The position numbers and the translations under genes were made by a program. DNA of 63,530 nucleotides, counting the filler, from Octopus bimaculoides (Eukaryota): NCBI RefSeq assembly GCF_001194135.2. It is 6 parts of 5 records of this genome, joined end to end, with 100 filler letters (N's around TTAATTAATTAA, not from the genome) between each part and the next. Parts side by side here need not be neighbours in the genome. Positions count along the whole stretch, not along the records: positions 1 to 12,764 come from NC_068984.1; positions 12,865 to 21,479 come from NC_068989.1; positions 21,580 to 47,372 come from NC_068983.1; 3 more parts are not named here. One strand, written 5' to 3'. Under the pieces are notes generated by a model that worked only from the letters and a program-made list of their open reading frames with translations, was not told the DNA's origin and ran no database searches. Positions within the stretch are counted from its first letter, which is position 1, and every line of letters starts with the position of its first letter. Positions 12,524 to 23,672 of this stretch are shown one piece after another.

Positions 12524-12764
12524 GGATCTTGTTCAAAACGGGGGCACCAGTATTTTCTTAACGAAACACTTTGAAACTTGTGACACTGGTAGAATGTGTC
12601 ATATAAAACATCTTTTTCTCTTAGTCTTCTTAACAAAAAAACGTACATCGCAAGTTATTTCATGTTAAAGTTGTCGTATTTCTGTAATTTCAACCAATGA
12701 CTGACGTCCATTCAGCCGAATACATTAAGTGCTGACTACGTAAACAAACGATTCTCAAACGATT
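12524..12764. mobile_element. Left half of the GGATC-TIR MITE (second copy), truncated by an assembly gap
   Basis: ~85% similar by eye to 16873-17112; stops at AAACGATT, where the telomeric palindrome begins in the intact copy. Confidence 0.85.
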
Positions 12765-12864
12765 NNNNNNNNNNNNNNNNNNNNNNNNNNNNNNNNNNNN
12801 NNNNNNNNTTAATTAATTAANNNNNNNNNNNNNNNNNNNNNNNNNNNNNNNNNNNNNNNNNNNN
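12765..12864. other. Assembly linker N44-TTAATTAATTAA-N44 (also 21480-21579, 47373-47472, 57393-57492, 61428-61527)
   Basis: Five identical 100-bp blocks; the 12-mer places stop codons in all six frames. Artificial. Confidence 0.95.
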
Positions 12865-13626
12865 ACCCCCCCTCCCTCTCTCACTATTCAATGACACTTC
12901 CTTGTGCTGGGTTGGGAGTAATAGTAGGCATAGAGACAGTGAGGACGGTGGTGAAGACAGAGAGAGGGAGAGAGAGAGAGAAAACTGAGGGAAAGAAAGA
13001 GAGACAAAGAAATTTAGGGAGAGTTGATAATGTTTTATTAAAAGCAGTAGTGTTGATTGTGGCAATGGAAGTAATAATAAGAGAGAGGGAGAGAGAGAGA
13101 GAGAGAGTAAGAGGGAGTCGATGTACAACTTCCCTGGACAGAAATTCCTTTGGCCAGCATATTCTGCCAACTACTGCACACTATCATTTTTGTTTTGTTT
13201 TGCTTTCTTTAATACATACATACACACATACATGCATATATATATATATACATATAAACATATACATAGACACACAAACACACACACACACACAAACATA
13301 CATATATATAATACACTTTAATTGAAATAGTTTCCTCAAATTTAAACATATCTAATATGAATGTATTTCTTGACTATCATACATTTGCTGGGCTAATAAA
13401 ACTAAAATTTGGATTATCGGTGAAATTGTCCTTCCGCCTTTTTTAAAGTTGTGTACATTCTACCTGATTTGAATCATTCTAACCAGACTATTTTATTTAA
13501 AGGTGTTACTAAGGCTTTCGTTTCAACATTGGTGAAATTGAATTAACCACAAACGACATCATACTAATAGATATAACTGTACACTGCCCACACGTATAGG
13601 GTATTTTTACCCGTATTCATTAATTC

Positions 13627-13671
13627 AGCCAGCTCACGTAGCCAGCTCACGTAGCCAGCTCACGTAGCCAG
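13627..13671. repeat. 13-bp tandem repeat (AGCCAGCTCACGT)x3 inside an interspersed repeat
   Basis: Direct reading. Confidence 0.9.
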
Positions 13672-13963
13672 GGTGGTGGCGTCATTTGAAGGATAAAACA
13701 ATGCAAAAGCGCATTGTGACAAGCGATGGGTAACACCATCTGATAGCCTCATTGGTCATGTGATCACGTGGTGTGTATATATATAAGCTTGTGAGAGACA
13801 GTAGACATGCTTATATGTATGTACGTGCCTACGAACTTTTGTGCATCTGTCAATTAGTGAAGCTAGTCTAATTGTCTAGCTTTTTATCTATCTGTCCATC
13901 TGTCAAACCAGATAAATAAATGCATACATACATGCGTACATATATACCTATACACAAACATAC

Positions 13964-14011
<48 letters not shown>

Positions 14012-14470
14012 GTATATATGCATACATACATGCATACATACATGCATATATATACATATACACGGGTGTGTATATATTCGTATATATGCATACATGCATA
14101 TAGATATATATATATATATACAAGTATATATGAATACATGAATGTATACATATGTACATATGCACGTATGCATAGATACATGCGTGTGTGTGTGTATTGA
14201 CGCCGTAAGAATTTATAAACTGTTTTCGAGAACGTAGAGGAATAATTCTTTTTTGGAATTGGATCTTGAAGTCAATTTAAAACTAAAAATAATAGCATGC
14301 AAATATTGGGTTGAAAATTCCTTTTGGATAGAAAAAGTCCCAAGGGTTGCCTTTGATATTTCCTATTGAAAAGGTTTTTAACCCAATATACATTTACATG
14401 CTATTATCTCTAAGTTTTATACGTACGTCGAGATTCAATTCCAATACACACACACACACACGCACATACA

Positions 14471-14518
14471 CGAGTTCGATTCCAAGCAGTGACCTGAACA
14501 ATAACAATAATAATAATA

Positions 14519-14584
<66 letters not shown>

Positions 14585-14727
14585 TCGAAAAATACCTTAG
14601 GAATGAGAATCCAGATTCGAAATTTCCCCAAGATACCTGAAGAAGACTGGAGGGTATATCAACCGAGACGTTGTGTTAGCAACAAACAAGATGAGGACAA
14701 ATATCCGTCGAATGTAAATAATGTAAA
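14471..14727 (+). mobile_element. tRNA-head SINE family H with hammerhead-like tail (5'-truncated copy)
   Basis: B box GAGTTCGATTCC (14472-14483), (AAT)n, body ATCGAAAAATACCTTAGGAATGAGAA, hammerhead-like 14632-14677, tail TGTAAATAATGTAAATAAT. Homologous to 38814-39240. Confidence 0.75.
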
Positions 14728-14729
14728 TA

Positions 14730-15155
14730 ATGTACTACATCACATTACACCACCATGCACACACTAACAGTCACCACTTCCCAACAGCCACACCATAATC
14801 CACACACCTACACATGCACACACGTACACGTCAAGGTCACCAGCCCTCTTCCACACACACATACATGCTCTCTTATACACACACACGCGCACCTTCGTTT
14901 TGGGATCACCACTACTTTATTATCTCCCCTTCTTCCTAGCTCTCCTGTGTGACCCCTCTGTCCGGCATTCGCCATGATAGATCGCTAGCCACTACACATT
15001 CTTTATTTTCTCTCCCTGTTTCTTTCTGTGTTCATTTCTGCAGAAGAACGTAAGCTCGAAACGTTAAAGACTTTTTCACTTCCCGAGCGTTAAACTTATA
15101 CATCTGTTTGTTGTCTACACCACCTGTCTTTGTCTTTTGTCTTTCTGTGAATTCT

Positions 15156-15160
<5 letters not shown>
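14730..15160 (+). mobile_element. Probable Penelope-like element 3' terminal fragment with hammerhead-like motif at 15035-15068
   Basis: CA-rich stretch followed by TTT-CTGCAGA-A-GAAC-GTAA-GCTC-GAAAC-GTT-AAA, then a pyrimidine-rich tail. Assignment to Penelope-like elements is inference from the motif. Confidence 0.45.
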
Positions 15161-15199
<39 letters not shown>

Positions 15200-15940
15200 A
15201 GGCGTGGCTTCCCAAGCACATGGTTCCGGGTTCAGTCCCACTGCGCGGCACCTTGTGCAAGTGTTTTCTATAGCCTCCAGCCGACCAAAGCCTTGTGAGT
15301 GGATTTGGTCGACAGAACAACAACAACAACAACAATAAAATCATCATCATCATCATCATCATCATCGTATTCATCATCGTTATCATCATCATCGCACCCC
15401 ACTATCATCATCGTAATAATTATCATCATTTTATATCTATCTCTCTATCCAGCTGTCTGTCCGTATACATACATACCGACATATAAAGGAAATTATATAG
15501 CTATATGATCATGTTTATATATAGGTGGATGTGGAAGCAGGCGTCCTTGGGGTGGGGTGTATGTCTGTGTGTGTGTATAGTGATCTGAGTGTGTGTATAT
15601 CCATAAACGTATATATACACGCATTTACACAAACACGGTCACGCAAAAACATACACAGAAACATATGTATTCGTGGTGATGGTGGAGGGCGTCTATTTGT
15701 GCGCATATGTGTGTGGGGGTGGGGAGAGGAAAACTTATGGACACATAGCTAAAGAGAAATATGTGGATATATACTTCTGTATCTGAATGTGTAATCTTGA
15801 ACGTATGTAAATACATACATGTGTGTGTATTATGTATGTATAACATGATATATATACATAATATATAGACATATATATGAGAGTGAGACACAAACACATA
15901 TATATGTGTGTGTATGTATATATATGTATGTATATATATA

Positions 15941-15990
<50 letters not shown>

Positions 15991-16872
15991 TTACAAATAT
16001 ATATATGTATATAAATATAGAACCATATATATGTGTGTGTGTATGCATTTGTGCGTATCTGTGTATGTATGTGTGTGTGTGGGTTTGTGTGTGTATGTAT
16101 GTTTGTATGTACGTTTTTATGTATATATTTATGTACGTACGTACAATGTCAAACAGAGAGACGAGGATGAACTCTTCCACAATAATGTATATCTTTAGGC
16201 AAATTTTCAAAGTAGTTTTGTTTTGTTTGAACAAGAGTGGACATGAACCATTTACCGAAATTGTTTTCTTATACCAGAATGACTTTTCAGCTGTTGCTTT
16301 TCTCGAGGGCGATAAAATCTACAACTGGGGAAAAGTCGAGGAACATCAAAACATTTTCTAGCATGTAAATCATTATTTTTTTTTCTTCATTCAGTCTTTT
16401 ATTTTATATTTGTCTAATGTTTCTGTTAAAGTGATATTTTACGCTACGTTATGTTTGTTTCATTTTTGTCTTTTTTGTTTAATAAAATTCCAGAGAATTG
16501 TTAAAAACAAAACACTTGAATGCGTACCAATCTTTACAAAGTTTGCGCATAATATCACAATATTAACTATTCTAGCGTGTCATGCACATGATTTTTTTGG
16601 CTTTTGGCGAATGTAAAGCATCAGAATAATATACGGACAAATAAACTGAGGTTTTGAGGAAGGTAAAATGAGGTACTTTAAATGGAGAAACATGTAATCA
16701 AAAATAAATGGTCATTGTAGTAATGGTAAAAGAGACACGGAGATGACATAGTTCGGCTTCGGCTTTGAATATTTGGTCGAAAATGTATTGGTCAGTGAAC
16801 GTTAATGTTTAAGTTACCGTCGTTTAACGTTGGGTCATACTTGGTCAAGCAAGCCTTACATTAAACATGCTC

Positions 16873-17453
16873 GGATCTTTTTTAAAACGGGGGCCACATT
16901 TTTCATTAACGAAACACTTTGAAACTTGGAACGCTGGTAGAATGTGTCATATAAAACATCTTTTTTCTCTTAGTCTTCTTAAAAAAAAAAGAAATCCATA
17001 AGTTATTCCATGTGAAAGTTGTCGTATTTCTGTAATTTCAACCAATCACTGACGTCCATTCAGCCGATATACATTAAGTGCCGACTACATAAACAAACGA
17101 TTCTGAAACAATTAACCCTAACCCTAACCCTAACCCTAGGGTTAGGGTTAGGGTTAGGGTTAAAGCAAATTTAAAATGAAAAGAGCAAATAAAACGAAGG
17201 TATGGAGATTAAATACGCTTTACATCGCTTAATTAGCCAAAGGAGTAAATATAAACAACTGAATACTTGTCAGTGATTGGTTGAAATTATCGAAATAAGA
17301 CAATTTTTTACATGAAATAAATTCGAATACAAAAATATTTTTCTGTTCTATAACACAAAATAGATAAGTATACGAAGTTTGAAAGTCTTTCCGTACCAAA
17401 AACACTACATAAAACATTAATGAAAAATGTGGCCCTCGTTTTAAAATAGATCC
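16873..17453. mobile_element. 581-bp MITE with GGATC TIRs, 8-bp TSD and a central telomeric palindrome (Merlin- or MULE-like)
   Basis: TIRs GGATCTTTTTTAAAACGGGGGCCACATTTTTCATTAA / TTAATGAAAAATGTGGCCCTCGTTTTAAAATAGATCC. TSD ACATGCTC at 16865-16872 and 17454-17461. Confidence 0.9.
17112..17163. repeat. Perfect 52-bp palindrome of telomeric repeats, (TAACCC)4-TA-(GGGTTA)4
   Basis: TTAACCCTAACCCTAACCCTAACCCTAGGGTTAGGGTTAGGGTTAGGGTTAA read directly. Confidence 0.97.
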
Positions 17454-17992
17454 ACATGCTCCGCCGTGAACATCTCGTCTTTTATTTTCAGAATTTGTTG
17501 TTCTGAGACAATATAATGTAATGTGTCATTACTTTTTAAATCATTAATGAGTGACTTGAGGAATTGTCGGTAGCTATTTCTTACAGATCAAAGGACTACG
17601 TAATGATGCATTCGATGGTTCATGGACGGAGAGATTTGTTCATCGGCTGCGCAGCTTTTTCAATGAGGTCTAAAACATTACTACTCCGTTTAAGATGAAT
17701 GAATGCATCAGCGGTTCCGGCAGTATCTTAATGTAAGGCACACCAGTAATGCCTAAAGCTGAAATATTCTGCATCCTTGCAAATAGAATATAATCCTCGT
17801 AATACAACTTCATTTACACGATTGGTAGGTTACGGATTATGAAAAATGTAGGGTTGATAGTATTCGCGTGCTTCTTTCGTACAGAAATCATAAACTGTAT
17901 TCTTTTTGGAGTACATCTTCATACATGTATACATACATACGTACGAACATACATACATACATACATACATACATACATGTGTGTGTGTATTT

Positions 17993-18428
17993 AAGGCGCA
18001 GGAGTGGCTGTGTGGTAAGTAGCTTGGTTCCGGGTTCAGTCCCACTGCATGGTATCTTGGGCAATTTTCTTCTGCTGTAGCCTCGGGTTAACCAAAGCCT
18101 TGTGAGTGGATTTGGTAGACTAAAACTGAAGCCCATCATATATATATGTGTGTGTATGTGTGCGTGTGTGTATGTATGTATTATATATGTATGTATGTAT
18201 GTGTATATATGTATGTTTATATGTTTGTGTGTCTGTGTTTGTCCCCCCACGATCGCTTGACAACTGATGTTGGTGTGTTTATGTCCCGTAACTTAGCGGT
18301 TCGGCAAAAGAGACCGATAGAATAAGTACTAGGCTTACAAAAAATAAGTCCTGGGGTCGATTTGTTCGACTAAAGGCGGTGCTTCAGCATGGCCGCAGTC
18401 AAATGACTAAAACAAATAAAAGAAAAAA
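17993..18428 (+). mobile_element. SINE family A
   Basis: Full length, with a small head deletion. Confidence 0.85.
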
Positions 18429-21309
18429 AGATATATATGCGAACTTTAGGTAAGTTAAAAAATGTTTATGACGTATTTCAACTTTTAAAAGCATTCATTG
18501 CAGTTACCGTGGTTACAGAATTTTCTCTTATAGTAAGAGGTATAAAAACATATCTGTCTAGTGTCGTCCCCCTGTCAGATTTCCAGATGCTGCATTTCTA
18601 GCTCTTTAACCGTTATCAATAAAAAAAAAGTCAGAAGAGAGGTAACTCTGAGCAGATTTGAAGCCGTAGTTTTAACTAAAATACAGTCAACAACATTGAC
18701 CGAGTTGCGCCATTAGACCTCCAAATCGGAAGAAATTCAGCAGTATCAGCGCCAAGTAGAAAGACAAAGGATATACTAAACTTTACTGTGTACCCTCTGC
18801 TCACTACGCAGTTTTTGCTCCCCCAGGTATATGTTGGAGGGGTCATAAGTATACTTGTAAGCCAAAGGTTCACGGGCTACTGAAAAAGGTTGTCATATTC
18901 TGGTATTGTCTTTATTGTTGTTGTTGCTGCTCAGTGTATGGTATTCCAATCAGTATATAGTATTTCGATCTCCCTCCAGTATTTTTACCACGTACTGTGT
19001 CCCAGTGTCTTCCCTGTTTTATAACTGTAGGGTGTTGTTTGAGGAGAATTTGGTTATTGTTTTTGTAGGGGTTTTTTTTTTGTTAGTTTACCTATAAACA
19101 GTCTTTGTTATTGTTGTTCTTAAGTTCCAAGCCAGCACCAATTGAACAGCCATATGGTCAAAGACGTTCTGGCCGTTACCACCCTGTCTTTTTTCTTGTT
19201 TTTGTTTTTGTTTTTTTTTTAATAAATTTAGAACTACACTCAACAATGGTTAATGGTTTAAAGGAATTTTTTCTCCTCTCCTATTTCTAGCAAATTCAAA
19301 ATCTACAAACAGGTTTCCTCGTTTGGCTCGCATGCAAATCTTATTGGTAACGTTATAGTTTTGGCATGAATGATTTTACTCTACATTTTTCGATAAAAGA
19401 AAAANNNNNNNNNNNNNNNNNNNNNNNNNNNNNNNNNNNNNNNNNNNNNNNNNNNNNNNNNNNNNNNNNNNNNNNNNNNNNNNNNNNNNNNNNNNNNNNN
19501 NNNNNNNNNNNNNNNNNNNNNNNNNNNNNNNNNNNNNNNNNNNNNNNNNAGTTCTTATAAATCATCAATCACAAAGAGGGTGAAATTCAGAATCCAAGGA
19601 AATATTTTTTTCTCTCTGATGAACGACTCTCAAGGAAAATTGACTCACTTTAATTTGTTTTCTTATCTATAACCTTTTAGGAATTATAAATACGTTTGTT
19701 TTGCTTTTTTTTTTAGTTCTTTCTTGCTGTGCCCACAGAGGGGTACTGAAAGGATTGATGTGGTCGCGATGAGGACGGTTGTTCCTTGCCCCTCCCCCAC
19801 TTCACACAATCTATCGAACGAAAGAGTCGGGTAGAATTCATTCCCTGTACATTTCTGTTAATTTATTTATACGCTCCAAAATGATGAAGTACAAAATTGG
19901 TCTGAGTGTAATTTGAACTCAGAGCGCAGGAAACTGGAACAAACGCCGCAAATCATTCTATCCGACACTCTAACAATTCTGCCACTTAGTCACAATTTTT
20001 AACGATTATCCTAGGACATGTACCTCATTGTAGCATCCGCTGTCGTTGTTGTTGTTATTTAACTCTTAGGTTAGCTTTGATTCGGTTGATTTTTGATCAA
20101 AGAAGGCATTTTAACAGTGACCGTAGCATATCTTGTCAGGTATAGTCTATCCTCTTTGTGTTCTTTCTTTGGGAATGAAAGAATATAATTTGAGGGAGAC
20201 ATGGCTGCTATTTCTAGCAATTTTGAGTAAATCATGTAGAAATCCCTTTAAATGCTGTTATTGGTAAATGTAAGCGTTTGTTAAAATCACGGTAAATACA
20301 AGGTTTGCTTCATAAAATCCACAGATGCTTGTTTTGTTTGTATGTATATTCGCATGGTCCAGTCATTGCAATTCTAAACGTTCACCGCGAAGTCGTTTAA
20401 CGCTGCTAAGTAACAAACCCAGAGAGAACCAAAAGAGGTGGATACGTGGTCACGTATCCTGCTAGAAATATCAACCAAATCCTGTTCAAATAACGCTAAC
20501 AAATTTTAGAAAGAAAAAATGTTGGATTAAAGTGAAATAAATGGATGTCCGCTAGTTTCTGCGATGACGATTCGGATATTCCATCAGATGGATTATCTTG
20601 CCCATTAAGTTTACGTCTAAGCACTTGAGCATTTTATAGACACATGTAACCTTAACATCATTCTCGTGGAGAATCAGCGCGATACTCTGTGTGAGGGGGG
20701 GGGGGTGCGTGTGTGAGATAAAAAGGGGAGAGAGACAAGGCAATACGTTTTGAATAACAGATACATTCCGCGCAGTTTTCGTCTCTCCAATTTCACTCAC
20801 AAAGTTTAGGTCAACCCGAAGCTATAGAAAATAACATTTGCCTCAAATATCACTGAATGAGATCGAACCTGGGACCTCGTGACTGGAAAATGAACTTCTT
20901 TGTATTCCATCGTTTTGAGGGTCGATAAAATACGTTCCAGTTGAGTACTGAGGTGGTTGTAATTGACGAAACCCCTCCACAAAAATTTCGGGCACAAGAC
21001 TTGAAGGTTTTGGAGAGCGATTGTTGTTGTTGCTGCTACTATGGTTGTTTAACTCCAAATCAGCACTGATTACAACCGATAAATGGTCAAATACGTTCCA
21101 CCCATAACCGTCAAATTTTATTTTAAGACGTTTTTCTAGAACTACATTATATAATGGGACTTCATCTTTTATATCGAAATAGAAGGTGAGAATCGAAAGA
21201 AATTTAGCTGCTGTTTTTAGCAAATCGAGAGACCAGGCATAGGCTTCTTCATGGGCTATATAGTTGTACTCTTTCGCCCCAACTTTCTCTCACTCTTTCT
21301 TCTTTTTTC

Positions 21310-21420
21310 TTGAGTAACGCTGCGGTGGACTGGCGTGCCATCCAGCTGGGAGGAACGCATACGCCATAGTAACCGGGAAACCGGGCCCATGAGCCTGGAT
21401 AGGCTTTAAAAGGGCGCATA
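21310..21420 (+). mobile_element. SINE 3' fragment with a V-domain-like motif
   Basis: TAACGCTGCGGTGGACTGGCGTGCCATCCAG resembles the CCTGCGATGGACTGGCG..TCCAG motif of V-type SINE bodies. Confidence 0.4.
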
Positions 21421-21870
21421 AATATAAATAAAAATACTTCCTTACATATATACATATCTGTGTGTGTGTGTGTGTGTGTNNNNNNNNNNNNNNNNNNNNN
21501 NNNNNNNNNNNNNNNNNNNNNNNTTAATTAATTAANNNNNNNNNNNNNNNNNNNNNNNNNNNNNNNNNNNNNNNNNNNNTAACAGAAGGAAGAACGAGAG
21601 GGGTAAAGAGAGATACGTAGTAGTAACAGAGGAAGAACGGGAGGGGGAAAAAGTGATAGAGAAAGAGATAGAGTAGCGTCAGAAAATATAAAGTTGAAAA
21701 AACTACTTACAACAGGGATGACGCAGGCGTTCGATCATGTAAAACAAATAATAAATGAGTATATGCATATATACGTACAGGTATGTGCATACCTACGTCT
21801 ACTTGTATATATAGGTGCATATCTGGGTACAGGACATTGCAAACAAAACGTAGACAAGAAAATAATAATA

Positions 21871-21894
<24 letters not shown>

Positions 21895-21902
<8 letters not shown>

Positions 21903-22108
21903 GTGTGTATGTTTGTGCATCTGTGTTTGTCTCCCCAATATCGCTTGACAACAGTGTGTTTACATCCCCATAACTGAGCAGTTCGGCAAAAAGAAACAAT
22001 AGAATAAGTACTAGGCTTACAAAGAATAAGTCTTGGGCTCAATTTGCACGACTAAAGGCGGTGCTCCAGCATGGCTGCAGTCAAATGACTGAAACAAATA
22101 AAAGAATA
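21895..22108 (+). mobile_element. SINE family A, 3' half
   Basis: Matches 800-990. Other partial or diverged A copies at ~15198-15310, 20730-20900, 24140-24300, 35470-35790, 49770-50050 and 55770-55900. Confidence 0.8.
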
Positions 22109-22116
22109 TATATATT

Positions 22117-22162
<46 letters not shown>

Positions 22163-23429
22163 TTTTTTATATACTGGTGTAAACCAGTGCATCAAATTAC
22201 ATCCCTTTATTTTAAAAAAAAAGGGTAAAAACTTGGGCTTTCAATAAATAGAAGCAGATAAGTATCAGACTGAGAAAAATACTAATATCATTATCATCAA
22301 CTAAGACTCTTGTAGGCACTGCCTCAGCACACCCACAACTCAATTACTAAAAGCAGTGAAAGAACATAAAATAATACCAAAAAATGTTATTTGCACTTTG
22401 TACAGTGAGATCTGAAACAATAATCTGCATATCTATTCTTAATACATTCCTGCAGACTCAAATGCAAACATACTAGTCACTGTTGTATACATCACAGAAC
22501 AACTTCTCCCTTTTACGATAAAAAAAGTGTTCATAACACACTTGGCTGATTGGTGTAAGGGATTCTGGGATAACTGTGTTTCAACATATTGTGTCTTATC
22601 AGCCAGAAGTTGGCAGATAACAGTGCTGATCAGAAAATAAGTTGTTCGCTGAAATTATAAACAAAGTCACTGGCTTGTTTAGGCTAAAAAAATCCTGGGT
22701 ATTTCTGGCTTATGTGACACATGTTGAAATACTGGTATCCTAGAATCCCTTGCACTAACGAGCTTAGTGTATTATGAACACACTGTCATCTGTCATCATA
22801 AAAGGAAGAAGTTGTTTTCCTGTGACATACACAATAGTGACTAGCATATTTGCATTAAAAATAAATATGCAAGTTATTGTTGATATAAGATACTTAATAA
22901 TGAAAAATTTTATTGGCAACTTTTTAATTTTCGATCAACACCACACACATACACATAAATGAGCCTTTGAAGGGTTACTCAGCCTATAAGAAATAGCAGT
23001 CAAATTTTCCCCAAATTACATGTTATTAGAAAAATAAATAAATAAATAAATAAATGAATAAACATATTTTTCAGTCTTAGATACAAAGAATTCCTATCCA
23101 AGATGCAGGCCTAGGCATGGTTTTATTTAGAAAACCACCCACTTGCCCATGCATATACGTCAGTTCACTCTATGCCACCAATGTTGTCTAAGAAAAAGGC
23201 AAAGGTTAATGTAGTGTGGCACCAGTGTCATTGCAGATGTTGCCATCAGACACCACAAAGCATTTTATGCAGCACTCTAACAATTCCGTTGATACTCTCA
23301 TACTCTGACTGGCATGTTATTAATCAACCTCAAAAAGATGAAGAGCAAAGTTGACTTCAGTGGGATTTGAACTTACAGCACAGAGAGTCAGAGCAAATAC
23401 TGTAAGGCACTCTATTCAGTGCTCTAATG

Positions 23430-23672
23430 CAGGGGTTTTCAAACTGTGGTCCGCGGACCAAAGGGGGTCTGCAAGGACAAGACAGGGGGTCCATGGACAG
23501 AAAATACTTTTTATGGGCAATTTGATTTTATATATATTTTTTAATCGAAATCTTTTAATTGACAATAAACCTATTTGTTAAATACTGTTAAATAAATAAA
23601 TGTAAAAATATATGCTAAGGTAAAGCCTGAAATATAAAGGGGTCCGCAAGTCAAAAAGTTTGAAAACCCCTG
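23430..23672. mobile_element. 243-bp hAT (Charlie-type) MITE
   Basis: Perfect 16-bp TIRs CAGGGGTTTTCAAACT / AGTTTGAAAACCCCTG. 8-bp TSD CTCTAATG at 23422-23429 and 23673-23680. Inserted into an older SINE B. Confidence 0.92.

Noticed and set aside
16289-16490. Possible terminal exon NDFSAVAFLEGDKIYNWGKVEEHQNIF* followed by AATAAA
   Set aside because: Short, no recognisable homology and no identifiable upstream exons; such signals are frequent in AT-rich DNA.
17112-17163. Telomeric repeats as an ancient chromosome-fusion site
   Set aside because: End-to-end fusion gives (TTAGGG)n-(CCCTAA)n; this is the opposite order and sits inside a TIR element with a TSD.
17586-18826. Exon-like open segments at ~17586-17670 and ~18690-18826
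   Set aside because: Weak donors, no recognisable motifs, and they cannot be joined into a model.
19616-19645. CTGATGA...GAAA hammerhead-like string
   Set aside because: No convincing stem II, stem I or cleavage triplet.
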